Notes: generated by a model not told the origin, from the sequence alone. 34,870 nt of DNA from Perkinsus olseni (GCA_013115125.1 JABANN010000367.1:1-34870); one strand, 5' to 3'; counted from the stretch's first letter, positions 9,992 to 27,062 are shown. Translations and numbers: made by a program.

Positions 9992-12900
9992 CTACCAGAT
10001 GGTATAAGCTGCCCCTCTCGGAATGATATACCTAAGTCGAAAATCCCTCCGAACAGCACTGTTCATGCTGTATCGCCCTTACAGTTGATCTCCCGGCGTC
10101 ATGGCAAGATTCGGTCGGGGGCAGGTGAGGACGAAAGGCAAACACTGCAACGGTGTGTCGAAAACAGGCGAGCCTCTGTACACGCCAATACAGATTGTCC
10201 CTTCATCGTAAAGGTCGAAGAAGACTCTCGAGAACCTACACAGCAGAAGTTACGGTAATTGGTGATGTTGTGGTACTCACGGAGCTCCCCAGTGCCGGGC
10301 AGGACAGTCGATGAGGTTGAAGGTGTGCCCACCACCGAAAGATACCCCACTTATAAATTGCCTTACGATGTCGATGGTCAACATGTGGGAGCTGACCCCT
10401 GGCAGTTGACAAATGAGACTTCGAAAAGCTGCATTGGTGACACTGAAAAGAAGCAGAAAAGGACAAGAAGGACGAAGATGACATCGTCTACATTCTTCCA
10501 GAGGCATACTCGGCTGATTCCCTAAAGTTCGGCACCCCACCTGAAGTCACACCGCTGAATCATCGCCCATTCCCAGGCCATCTACCTCCATCAGGTGTCC
10601 ACCTCGAGACATCTGCTAAGCGTACTGACCTGTGGTCAGCTAGGTCGAGCAGCATTGGTGGTTGCAGAGCTGCTGGCGGTAATGTACTGAGAAAGTACCA
10701 TCATCAACGAGCGCGGAGGGACCACACGACGACTACCTGCAGGTCGTAAATATTATCGACTGTTGCAGGGCGTTGAACAGAGCCGCCGCTTTATGCGGGT
10801 TGGCAGCATTACCAAAACGATGGATGATATCAGTACTGCTGCTACTCGATGGACCACCAACTAGGGCTGCCCTGTAGCTAGCCTTGAAGATGCTATCTCG
10901 TCTCGGTCTGTTCAGCGATATTCTCTTAACAAGATTTTTCCCCCTCTTCCCTGCTGTTCTCCAGCGGAACAGTCGAGCAAGGCTTGACAACATCCCCGTC
11001 GTTTGCCCGCCAGTCGCCCCTTTCCCAAGGCCGCCGTGCAGGGTAGAACTTTTGAAGCGTCCGAAGCTCCTTGACCGATTCAGAGTCGCCCCCGTCGCCG
11101 CAGTGCTGCTTCTCTTACTGTGGAATTCGCTTCTCCGACCGGATACCATCGAAGCCTGTCTGGCAAAAATAGTGAGCCTGTGACCAGCAGGTGACTTTGG
11201 CACCGCTTTCTGCTCTTCATCGTCTTCTCGTTGTTGCTGCTCTCGAGAGCCCTCCGCCTTATCCTGGGTCTTATCATTCAACGGCAGTGCTGTCGACGAC
11301 CGTCTACTAGATGATACCTTCTGACCGCTCCCTGCCTTCACCATCATCAACACCGACCGGGCCTTCCACAACGTCACAACAACCTCGTCGTCACTCTTCA
11401 CGTGGTTCGGACCGCCCAACCCTTGCGAAGCGAATGGACCCGGCTGAAGGGCGTTGGCATTCGCTCCCGCCATCGCTGTTGCCATGGTAGTTTTCATCGG
11501 AGAGAACATACCAAAACTATCAACAGGATTTATGGGAGCGCTCCTTGTGGGGGGAGGAGGGTAGGCCGTCCCTGGCGTGTTGGTCGTTGTCATACCAATA
11601 GTAGGGACAGCGGTATGCTGATGGTGCGGTAGTGATTGTTGCTGGGCGCCTTGACGAGTACTGAGTGGCGGAGTTGGGGGGCTGTTGAATATACAGACCG
11701 TGTGAGCCAGGTTCAATCCCCCCCGAAGGAGGTCAACATCATCATTAATAGATCCCCGGATATACGAAAAATATGGTACGTACGAGTTGAGGATGTTGAT
11801 GTGGAAGCTGGCCGTAGTAGTACTCAAAGACGGGTCATTAAGAATAGCGTCGACTGGACTGACTGGTGATAGACACACCACCAATGGCAAAGGACGACCG
11901 CAATGGGAACAAGCCGTGGACGAGGAGGCCTGCGGTGCTAACGACAGGATGCTGCCATGCTGGGGTTGTGATGGGCGTGGTAGGCTCTTGAATAGATCAT
12001 GAAGGAAGTGCGGTAGAGTACGGGTCTGGTAGCCGAGTAAGAGTATGATCCTGGGTGGTAGGGTTATGTTTGGGCTAGCAGGGACAGAGGTGGTGGTGTT
12101 GTCGTCACCACTCAAAGGCTGCTGCATGTAGCGAGCGTACCTGCCGGAGAGGAGCAAAGGACGGATAATAATATGACAATGATGATACCGACCTTCCCAA
12201 CGCCTGGGTGACATCAGTGCACTCTAAACCGTAGTCCAAGAACCCCTCCTCATCACTAGTCTTCGTCGCTTGCTGCTGCTGTTGTGTCGAATCTGAGACA
12301 GGAAGATGACACTAGTGTCTACCCGAGTATCGGTCACCTAGTGAGGGCAGCGCCAGTAGTGATGATGAAGATGCTGCCGACTTTCCCATACTCGCGTCTT
12401 CGGCAGGGCGGCCCGACTTGCCGCCCATCGCCTCCGTCGTCGCAGGTCCTTGCTCGTCCACGATGATCGACTGCGTTGATGGCCGCTGAGCTGTCGTCAG
12501 GTGCGTCTTCGTCTTCCTCCTAGCTGACGTCGTGGTGGCCCCTTTGAACAGCCTTTGTAGCACTCGCGCTCTTTGCAACTCCAAGGACAAACAAGCGGTA
12601 GCAAAATCATCGCCATCTTCGGTGTCGCAGCTGATCGGGCAACGTCGAGGTGCCCAGGGCGACGCTCGGATACTCGACAGTAGAGAGTTGGAAGCACTAC
12701 TGAGGCGAGACAACGATGACGCCCCTTCAGTGGGACGGGGCGAGAGGGCCTCGGATACCGCAGCCGTCATTCTGTGTTGCTTCCACCGCGCTGAGGATTC
12801 CCTCCTACTGGGACTGTGAACCTTATCATCGGTATTAGGGAAGACAGCAGGGAGCTCATCCTCATACGTGACGCTTATGCAACCGTCATCATCGTCATCA

Positions 12901-15900
12901 TCATCATCGTCGCCAGCATGGGAGGCGTAGGAAGAGCGATGCCCCTTCGACTGGTGATCAGGCCGCCCGCCACTCAGAGTTGAGTGCCTCGCCGATGACA
13001 ATTGAGACGATCGTGTTGACCTCGTCGTTTTCTTCTTAACCTTGGTGACACAAGAAGGCGGCCAGGAGGTGTAATACTGTAGAGTATCCAGGGTTACTTC
13101 GCTATCACAAAGCACCAACAAGTCGACATAAGACTTCTCTTCCTCAATGCAAGCATTGGAAGACCTCCGCTGCTCATCATCATCATTACCATCCTGAAGG
13201 CCCTCAGCGGCTTCGTAGTACAGCAAGGGGGCAGCAAAGATCGTCTCAGGATCCGGGTTAATGAGCAGCTTCCTCTCGCCCTCCCCCTCAGCCATCTCTC
13301 CTCCACTCGGCGGCACCAGTAGTCCTAGTAGTAGTACATTGTAAGAATGATACAGATGCTCCACTGCCCTCTTATACCGAATCATGTAGGTCGCTGACGC
13401 TGACGATGATGAGCAGGCCCGCCCCTCCCCTTGTCCGACCTCCTCATCATCAACCTCCTCATTGTCGATCGGTGGACAGTGTATGACCATCAGTCTGTAC
13501 TGGGCCCCTCTGCAGTAGTCAGCAAACCCACTGGCCTCTTCCTTCAAGGACATGCTCCCCGGGACGGTTGCTGCTGCTGTTGCTTTCACAGTTCCCGCTT
13601 CCGAAACTGGCGGCGTCACCGGCGAGGTCGGGTCGGGCATCGCTGGAGTGTCCCCTTGACTTCTCTTCGTCGTATAGGAGATCTGCTGTTGTTGCGGCGG
13701 TGGCGGTATCCGGTCGAACTTGGAAACCAGGTTGCTTATTAAGGTCGGAAAGCCTTTGATGCCAGCACAGTGCCTCGCTATGAGCTTCTGTCTGAATTCG
13801 CTCACACACAGCACCCCAGCGACCCCTTGGGATCTGATCATGGCGTCAAATTCCTTGGTATTGGTAATGGCCACAATTCTCCCCATCATCTCCTCTCTGA
13901 AGAGAACGTCCCGTGCTCCTGCAGTGGAAGGCGTGAAGATTCTTCCGAGTGCGAGGATTCTAAGATACGTCATTTTGTCCTCGACAGCACCATCGCTGTT
14001 ACCACTGTTCACGCTTGACGCTGTGGTTGAATACAAATGGGAATCGTTCGGGACGGCCGAGGTCACCGACGGCCCCGAGGAGGGTGGTGGCGTGAGTATG
14101 TAGACAGCAGCGGCGAGGTCAAGACGAATAGGTAGAGTATTGGTACCGCCCAGCATAGTCGCGTATACTATGATCTTGTTCTTGTTCCCTGATGCTGATG
14201 ACGCAGAAGATGAGGATGTTGTGGTAGGGGTATTCTCGCCAGCGGTGGCGCCAGCTGTGGCGTTGAGTGACGGGGGATTGTAGGCAGAAACAAAGTCGAA
14301 TCTTCTTATGTAAAGATGGATCCCGAGTGCCGTGCATGTCTCGTTCAGCTTCTTACATGTCTGAGACAACCACAGCGCGTCACCGCCTCCTGTGCAGCTT
14401 AACCTTGTCCGCCTACCCGTTCATGTGGCAGTTCGGTGGTGGTGATGACCAGTACTGGTGGTGCCCCTTCGTACAGCTCAGTAGTGTAAAGCTCTTTGAT
14501 GAGGCTTTGTATCAGTACTAGATCTACTCTGTCACAGACCATTAGGATGTAGTACAGAGAGCTGCTCGGCGCCACGCCATACCTGAGGTCGACCGAATAA
14601 TGATGATGATGATGATGATGCCGTCGAAGATACTACTGTATATTGTCTTCGGCCAAGATGAGCATCAACTTCTTTACTTGTAGTGTCACCAGGCTCAGCG
14701 TGAGTGCGATGAATACAAGGACTAGTATCCTCCCTCGTAGCGTGATCGGAGAGAAGTCTCCGTAGCCGACCTGAGGCGGTTGACCCGTACTCTCGACCTT
14801 GCCGAAAAGCATCATCGTCAATTCTCCTGCTCGGTAGTTTCACATTCTTTGGCGCGTGAACAACCACGGGATCACTAAGCCTCGTCGATGAGACGACCAG
14901 GAAAGCCCCAAACGCGAGAATTTTCTGTACGATGATTCCAACTTCGTCACAATTTCGTTCGCATACGTTTCTTAATGGCAATCTTATTTTCCGCCGCAAG
15001 TGAAAGGGCGTATCTTACCGTCGACATAGTGATGATGAGAAAGTAGACGAAGTCCTCATAAGTGATGAAGTAGTCCTTGCGACCCATCGTGCAGCTTTCT
15101 TCGTTAAAGATGGCGCCAGAGAACATCAGCAATAATGACAACACACCGAGCGCTATGGACAGAACCTGTCTTCTGGTCATACTCATATTGGGGAAGAGAA
15201 TCTCGAAGGTCGGTTCCATTCCGTAGAGTCGGAGGAACCTTATGAAACCGTACCTGTAGAAAATGGTGATGACGGAGACAGCTGTGGCGTCCTTACCGAA
15301 CGAAATATGTATCAGCATCGAAGTCGGTGTTGGCGGCTTTGGAACCGAACCAGAAGAGAAGACTCAAGGCTGGCATGGTGAGGATGTCTGTCCAACATGC
15401 AACGCTCTTGAAGTACTCGCTCTTGTTGCGAGCCACATAATAGCAAATACACCAATCGACGTTTACCATCCACAGGAAGACTCTCTCGATACTATCAAAC
15501 CTGACAGGGGTATCTTAGGTCGATCATGGGTTAATACAGATTTTCTTACCACACTCGCTGCCACTCGAACGGAATTGATATGACCCAGTCACAAGGCTCA
15601 GCTCCCGTAGGACCGCAAATAGCTTCAACCAGACCTTCACTGTTACACTCCCTTGTCCTGAAAGTTACGCTTATAAAGAAAGAGATGGTATTGATATTCT
15701 CACATCGATCGTGTGACGAATAAGTACAGAGTACACCAGAGGATCGTCCTGACGATACGCGAGATTAGGTAGGACTCGGAATCTGCTACACGCTTGAGCG
15801 CTTTATTTATGCCATCTAGTAAGTTCTTCAAATGCCTGAGCATCATCATCACCATCATTGTTCATGTCTTATTCACGGCGGCCTACCATTCGGATGACTT

Positions 15901-16762
15901 CATGCCTTTCCGCAAGTTCCGCTGTAGACCGAAAATACCGTCCTTCCCAGAGGACTCCTTGCGCGTGGCTCTACTGATAGCGTTGCTAGGCTTATGAGGT
16001 AGATTGACGCTGCCGCCGTTGAAGGCCACCCTGTTGGGCCTCCTATCGCCCTTGGACGATCCCACGGAGACGACTGTATCGCGTTGAAGGCTGTCTGCGT
16101 CCGCGTACATTTCGCCGGGTATGTTACTATTGTCATTGTCATCGTGATCATGAAAGGACTTATTATTTTTCTTTTCTGATACCACTCCTTTCTCAGATTC
16201 ATCACTAACTTCACCGGCCTCCACCGACAAAATCCCCTCAAGGAAAGCCATCGCTCCGCCGCCGACCATACCGCTACTATCGTCACCACTGTAATAACCA
16301 TGCCTCCACAACCGGTATCTAAGGTCCCCATCATAAGCAAGAGTGACATAAAGATACTCGTACATTCTCAGGGTTGCTCTTATAAAGACCATCATTCCTA
16401 TTTGCACGATCATGCTGATTCCCAAGTACCCGAAGGATTGTAAAATATCTTCCATTATTTCCGTCCAGGTGTCCTCGCTACACAAACATGTCCCCACTAC
16501 GGGTTGGGAGATCAAACAGTAGGTTATTATGAATCCTTGCACAAGTGGTCGTGACAGGAAGGTTGTCGTGGTGCTGCTGCCCTTACCATACAACGCCGTA
16601 TTCGTGCTGGTGCTGGCGCTTTTGGACGGGGAAATTCTGATGGAAGAAAAGAATCTTTTTTCTCATGACTGCTATGGTTCACCTCTTCTGCCACAGGCTG
16701 CCCGTGAAAGATCCTTCATCTTGTAGCGTCGAATCAAGGCTGCCAGTCAGTGCTCGTTCCAT
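9992..16762 (-). CDS. Slo/BK-family (RCK-domain) potassium channel, multi-exon, very large with low-complexity inserts
   Basis: Pore signature FLIITMST|VGYGDFSPITLRGR split by an intron (~14773-15017); S4-like YGFIRFLRLY; RCK1-like AGVLCVSEFRQKLIARHCAGIKGFPTLISNL; RCK2-like IILLLGY...YIRGS...DLLRGGL; manually spliced tail FRESAEYASGR...CIGVYRG...FVLTCPRPNLAMTPGDQLYII ending at TAG 9992-9994; probable ATG at 16762 (MERALTGSLD...). Confidence 0.85.
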
Positions 16763-17002
16763 TTCAGCTTAACTCATCCGCGGACGAGCATTCTCTCTCG
16801 GCGCGCAGTTCAAATCGATTAGAATGGCGAGCGCTTTTTCAAAAAGGGCCCTCCGACGCGGGGTCGTCGTTGACCATCGTACAGTTGGCGCCTTTCAGTG
16901 GGTTTTTATCACTCTTCTTTGATCTCTGATCTTCTTACGTCATCGAAGAGTTTGCCATCAACAAGAGCTGCCTGATTTCTATCATCATCATTACTGACAA
17001 CA
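16763..17002. promoter_or_regulatory. Putative bidirectional promoter between K+ channel and SERCA genes
   Basis: Only ~240 bp separates divergent start codons (16762 on -, 17003 on +); contains ggcgcgc and aaatcgat motifs. Confidence 0.45.
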
Positions 17003-20828
<3,826 letters not shown>

Positions 20829-21591
20829 GATAGAGCATTGTCATCATCATTATGGTGGTGACAATAATTACTGTTAATTTTGATGAGATGATAGTAGAAG
20901 AAGAGCATAATACACCTAGATGGTCGTAGCAGTGAGAAATACTTTGATCAAACTACTGTCCTTGTTGGGTTCGGAACAGTAATGCTCAGTATAACTGATG
21001 GCGGGTTGGAGCGAACTTAGCCACGATGATTATTGAGAGCGAGAAAGATTGGGGAAGTGAATGAGGCTGTTGCACGAGTGAGATGACCAGTGGCGAAGGG
21101 CACTTTATGAATCACCCTGGAAGGAACTCTTCTTGCATGTGATCGGAAGGGCATCACAATCGAGCCCCCCATAGCAACGCCTCAGCACCACTTATCGTGA
21201 GTTGACTCAGACTATCCATCAGGCGGCCGTTAGGTTAGCCAGCCAAGGGAGTCATTCCCGCCTTAGTGATGATTGTGGAGTGTCAGTTAATGGCCGCTGG
21301 ACACGACGGCCCTACTGCGTCGAATTTGGGGACGTAAGGGAAAGGCAGCCGTGGCGCTGGAAATTCATCTCTCGAGCACCCCAGACTAGCGAGATACTCT
21401 AGTCTTTCGTGCGGTATTGGATTCCCTCCTTCCCCTGCCGCTTCCGGGTTGGACAGGTCATTTCTCATGGGACTGATGGTTGTCTTCTCCCTAGTGGGAA
21501 GCAGTTGTTATTGCAAGAGCAGCTATTAGTCTCGTAGAGGGCGAAGTGAGCTGGTCGAGCTCTCCGCGCAGTGCTCGAGATAGCCTCCCAA

Positions 21592-22479
21592 ATGTCGAAG
21601 AAACACTTCATCATCAGCATTCTGGCCGTCACTACTGTGTTGGCCTTCCACATCCCGTTCACTAAACCTAGAGATGTAAGAGGGTTCACTCGCGTCAGAC
21701 GTCCCGCCTGCTGGTGACACTGTCACCGTCACACATTCTTTGTGCACTCTGGACTTGCCTATCTTCAGGGCTTCCCTCGGCTTCTCGACGGTTACCCGCG
21801 ACCAGAAGCCAACGGCACGATCACCGAGTGCCACTGCGGCAACCGCACCTCTGAGCCATTTTCTACGGCATTCGTGTTTTATTTCCCGAGTGGCTCCAAC
21901 GTTCCGAAAACGGGGTACATCAGCTGCCCCCAGGATGGTGACCATCCGGCGTTCCTGACAGTGTTGTAGGAGGCCTCGGCCGAGCTGTCGATTCAGCGCC
22001 TCCTTTGTCGCAGTTACGGGAAAGTTCGTACCGTGAGAGGATATTATGTCGCCAAGTTGAATGATGATGATGAATTTCCGACGATGAAGTTGTATCAGTT
22101 CAAGGCACCGCCTCTTCTCGGCGCTGGTATGGACCCGCTGAGGGAGATCTACGAGCGGGGGGCACTGCAGCAGCAGGAGGAGGAGGCCAGCCGCGGTTGG
22201 AGGCGCCTGTTTCGAACCATTTTACGACGACTTTCTAGGCGAAATGCATGCACTGATGTGATGGAAATCGTGAAGAAGCAATTCGATACGTTCAGTGCTC
22301 TCTGTGATGCATACCGTAACATTTCCAACTCTGCTGTGGAGGCTGCCAGGAACCAAACGTGGCATTTCTGGGATAAGGGAGAGGAGCATATTGAGGTCTT
22401 CCCTTGTTTGGGTAACCGAACCGACGGGATGTCTGAACAGGACAAGTTCATTGCTCTTGCTCATCCGATATACCACTAG
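21592..22479 (+). CDS. Secreted protein family, copy 1 (two introns)
   Basis: MSKKHFIISILAVTTVLAFH signal-like start; introns ~21675-21768 and ~21966-22013 give a frame ending ...CDAYRNISNSAVEAARNQTWHFWDKGEEHIEVFP...FIALAHPIYH*, shared with copies 2 and 3. Confidence 0.7.
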
Positions 22480-22502
22480 TGTGCCCGTTAACTAAGGTGT
22501 TC

Positions 22503-22528
22503 GATGATGATGATGATGATGATGTTGT

Positions 22529-22563
<35 letters not shown>

Positions 22564-22572
22564 TTATTGATG
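22503..22572. repeat. (GAT)n microsatellite, interrupted
   Basis: gatgatgat run with gtt/att interruptions directly 3' of copy 1. Confidence 0.9.
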
Positions 22573-23205
22573 CTGTGCTGCATTGGCTGGTTTTGTGTTA
22601 ACCCCACGAGCAAGCAGCGAGAATGTTATTCATGGCAACTGAGTTGAGGACCTTCCGTAGATTCAGACCGTCCAAGTACAACGCAGTCCCGACTAAGCTT
22701 GGCTACCGGAGACTCTTCCTGCTGCTACGACGTTTTGCAGCACAAGAGCTCTGTTTTGTGCTACGGCATCTGTGGTGGGCCACCACTGGTGGCCTAAGAC
22801 GCCAGACTTTTGCTCCCGATCCCTTGAAGTTGTAAGTATTGTCCACAGAGACAACACAGCGTGAGTATCAATCACCACTGCTTCTAGGGAGCTCTCATCC
22901 CGAGGGCGTTCCGGGCCGCCGTCTTGTTGTCAGTGACGGGAAGTGACCGCGGCATATATTGATGAGTAAAAAACCGTCTTCGCCGGCCTCGACGCCCCGT
23001 TCCTCGCAGCTCGTTTTGGCCAACAACGAGGACACTCGATGGTGTCATTGGAGAGCCCATCCCCGATCACCCTTGAAAAAAGAGACACCATTTTGATATT
23101 GGCGATTTTCATCTTCCGCAGGTTCTTATTATCTTCATCACTTTCTGATCGACCTGCAGAGGAGATGAGTGACCAGAGTGACGCCCTCGGTCAGTGTCGA
23201 CTGTT

Positions 23206-23989
23206 ATGTTCTCTAAAATGTCTTCCCTCGTGCATTGCATCATCGTAATGGTCCTCGCGTTACTGTCCAACATCCCATTCGGCGTAGCACTCCGTGCGAG
23301 CGAAGTTCCTTCTGACACTACGTGCTACTTCACCAACGGCAAGCTTAATACCGCGTCGGCTTCATTCCGGTTCATAGTTGAAGAGGGCACCATGCCGAGA
23401 ACACAGTACGTCGTTTGTCCGGATTTTGGTGAGGATGATGATGACCAGCACCGGACGTTCACGTCAGAATTGTAAGCCTTCTCACCTTCTTTCGAACCCT
23501 TTAGGTATGTTCCCTCTCTGCCGTAGTTCTGGGCATCCCAACGCTCTTGCTTCGTACTACGTCCCCGGGCAAATGATGGAGCATGACATCCAAACGATGA
23601 AGTTGTATGAGTTCAAAGCACCCCCTCCCAATGATACTGGCTTGGACCCGCTGGCCAAGATTATCCAACTGCCCCCCGAGATGCTATGGGATCGTTTGGA
23701 CTGGGCTGCTACGGTCTGGGAAATAAAATTCGACAGGTTTAACGGAGACGAGAGGGCCTGTCTGGCGACTATGGCGATTATCCAGCAGCTGCATTATCAC
23801 ACGTTCAAAGCTTTCTGTGATGCATACCGTAACATTTCCAACTCTGCTGTGGAGGCTGCCAGTAACCAAACGTGGCACTTCTGGGATAAGGGAGAGGAGC
23901 ATATTGAGGTCTTCCCTCCACTGGGTAACCTCGACGGGATGTCCGAACAGGAAAAGTTTATCGCTCTTGCCCATCCGATCTACCACTAG
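23206..23989 (+). CDS. Secreted protein family, copy 2 (one intron ~23472-23526)
   Basis: MFSKMSSLVHCIIVMVLALLSNIPFGVALR signal-like start; GT-AG intron joins the ORF-track frames; same C-terminus ...FIALAHPIYH*. Confidence 0.75.
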
Positions 23990-24584
23990 CGTGTCCATGG
24001 ATAAGGTGCACGATAATGAATGTTGTTGGTGTTGCTGTGTCGCATCGGCTGGTCTTGTGTTATCTCACAAGCGAGTTGCGGAAATGCTATTGAGGCTTCC
24101 GTAGCTCCAAACCGTCGGAGTAGAACACAGTCCAGACAAAGCGTGACTGTAGGAGAGTCTTTTTGCTGCTACGACGCTTGTTCACAAAATTTCGTCTTTC
24201 CCGCGAAATCGATTCTGGTGTTTTTATTAAGAGCAAGAGTCGGGTCTTTAAGAGCCTCTTGACGGCTTGGCTTTCGCCTCAGGTCGCACGTACTCCACAG
24301 ACGCACCACCTCTTGCAGGGAAATGTTCTCGTAGGGCAACTGGAGTCATTTTCCCGCTGCTGCTGTTGAAATTAAGTAGAGGCAGCGATCGTTGATGAGT
24401 AGACAGAGCTTCAATAGCACGGACACTCGATGGTATCAGTGGGCCTTAACGATCACCCTGAACCGGGGATACCACATTAACTTTGACCATTTTCATGTTC
24501 CCCATGCTATCGAGGAATTCTTGGATGCATTGCCGTCTTCATCTATGTATAGGGGCAGAGAGACTTCCTCGCTCAGTGTTTGAA

Positions 24585-25365
24585 ATGATCTCTCAGATGC
24601 CTTCCATCACGCATTGCATCATCGTCATGGGGTTCGCGTTAATGTCGAACCTCCCGTTCAGCATAGCTCTTCGTGCAAGACGCGCTGCTCCCGACATTCT
24701 GTGCTCCTTTGTGAACGACAAGCTCAATACAGCCTCAGCTTCGTTCTACTTCATCGTTGAGAAGGAGACCATGCCGAGAACATCGCACATTACTTGTCCG
24801 GATTTCGGTGATGATGGCGACCAGCACCGGACGTTCACGTCGGAATTGTAAGGCCCCGCCTCCGTTCGCGCCTTGTCGGTATCTTTCTTCCCGTTGTAGC
24901 TCAGGGCATCCCAGCGCTCTTGCTTCGTACTACGTCCCTGGGCCAATGATGGAGCATGATATTCAAACTATGAAGCTGTATGAATTCAAAGCACCCCCTC
25001 CTAATGATACTGGCTTGGACCCGCTGGGCAAGACTATCCAAGCGCCTCCTGAGCTGCTACCAAGTTACCCACATTCAGCTGCTACGGTCTGGGAGATGAA
25101 GCTTATCTCGTTTGGCGATCTGGGAGACAAGAAGGCCTGTCTCGCTACTATGGCGTCCATCAAGTTGAGGTATCATACGTTCACTGCTTTCTGTGATGCA
25201 TACCGTAACGTTTCCAACTCTGCTGTGGAGGCTGCCAGGAACCAAACGTGGCACTTCTGGGATAAGGGAGAGGAGCATATTGAGGTCTTCCCTCCTTTGG
25301 GTAACCTCGAAGGAATGTCCGAACAGGACAAGTTCATCGCTCTTGCTCATCCGATCTACCACTAG
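24585..25365 (+). CDS. Secreted protein family, copy 3 (one intron ~24848-24899)
   Basis: MISQMPSITHCIIVMGFALMSNLPFSIALR; intron at the homologous position (after HRTFTSE); same C-terminus. Confidence 0.75.
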
Positions 25366-26477
25366 TGTTCAACTAGGTGTTTGATGTTGTGTGTATATCC
25401 TTCTTTTGTGTTGATGACGTGGCTTCAATGGAGAAGGTGATGAGAGTATCCTCCGAGGTGTCTGAACCCATTACGAGATGTGGTCTGAAACTTTGGGGTT
25501 ATACTCAGTAGGGTACTAGAAGGTATCCCTAGACATTCCGTCTCGTAACTCGTCTCAGTTGGAGCTAGCGGCGAGAAAGACACGATATTCCAAATTTGTT
25601 TGGCGGACTTGTATAGCATAGGGGTGAACCCTGTTGGTAGCAGCCCATACCGTATGCTGGGCTCACAGTTGAACTGCCGTTTCTACAGCGTACTGAGGGT
25701 TCCATGTTGCCGTAAAGGATGCACCTGGGGCGTTTCGCTTACGATGACGGCGATTCGGAAAACATTCATGCCACTAAAAGTCAGTTCCATCTTGTTCGCG
25801 GTGAAGACTGGCACGAGTGATGCTGTAAAGACTGTAAATAGAAGCAGAGGTTTCCGAGCTACCTAGGGAGCACAGCGATCTGTACTCGAGATTCACTCAA
25901 CATGCGCCTTCCCTTTGCTGCTATCAGCCAGTACACAGTTAGTGTAGGAGAAGCCGCTTGTTTCACTGCTGATCATCAAGAGCACCGTTGTTATCATACT
26001 GTAAATGAAATCTCGAAGTTTTCTGTGGCACGAAACGACCGTCATGATCAGCACAGGTGCGAGGCAGCATGACCGTGAGTTCTACTGAAGGGTGAGCATT
26101 TGGACTCGCCCTCTGCTCTTCCATGCTTGCCACCACTTATTAACTATTCCCTTCAACTTCAAAAATGTCAGTAGAGACCGTCAGTGATCGTTCAATGATC
26201 GAAAACGCGGGAGCTCTGACCGCGTTAAAATTTAATGCTCAACCCTCGGTCGCGAGGCACCGTCTAACTGGATGTTCTTAGACATGCTTTTCCACCTATA
26301 TTTCCTTCTAATATATCAGCTGAGGCCTCCAATGGGAGTAGGTCTAGATCACAAGTTTGGGGATCGATGGTAGCGCGCGATGTTGAAATCGATCACGCGA
26401 TCGATTTGAGAGGAGATAGGTGTATGGGGCCCTCCGCTCTACCGAGTCCAGCAACAAGTCACTGTTGACTACTTAAC

Positions 26478-27062
26478 ATGGGAAAGTTGTAAGTCTGGGT
26501 GGGTGGGTGAGGCTCTTCGACATACCTGTCGTCTCGTGTAGCAATACCATAACTTTCGTTACTTTTCAGCCTCCGTGCCGGACGTGTTGTTGTCCTTCTG
26601 AACGGTCGCCAGGCCGGTCACAAGGCCGTGATCGCCAAGGTCAGCGAGAACGGCACCAAGAGCCATCCCTATGGTCACTGCCTTGTCGTTGGCATTGAGA
26701 AGCACCCTCAATCCGTCACTAAGAAGATGAGCATGAAGAAGCAGGACAAGCGCTCTAGGGTCAAGACCTTCGTCAAGTACGTCAACTTCAACCATCTCAT
26801 TGCCACCAGGTAATATTTGAAAGGGAGTGGGGGATGGATGGTATCAGGAAGACGCTGTTCGTGTAGGTATACCCTTCCTCATGACATTGATGGCAAATCC
26901 CTGGTCTCTGACGAGCAAATGCAGACTGTTGACGGCAGGAAGCAGGCTAAGTTGAGCTTCTCTAAGTTGATGAAGGAGAAGTTCCAGAGGCCTTCGCTCG
27001 AGAAGAGCGGCAACAAGCCTTCTAAGGACCTCGTCTTCCTCAGGAGGAAGCTCCGCTTCTAA
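26478..27062 (+). CDS. RPL27: 60S ribosomal protein L27 (eL27), two introns
   Basis: MGKF|LRAGRVVVLLNGRQAGHKAVI...HPYGHCLVVGIEKHP..VTKKM...RSRVKTFVKYVNFNHLIATR|Y...KLRF*. Confidence 0.93.

Noticed and set aside
21017-21097. C/D-box snoRNA candidate with gccac/gtggc terminal stem
   Set aside because: Both C and D boxes are mismatched and no rRNA antisense element was recognised.
25400-26330. Short ORFs between the secreted trio and RPL27
   Set aside because: No recognisable motifs or consistent exon chain.
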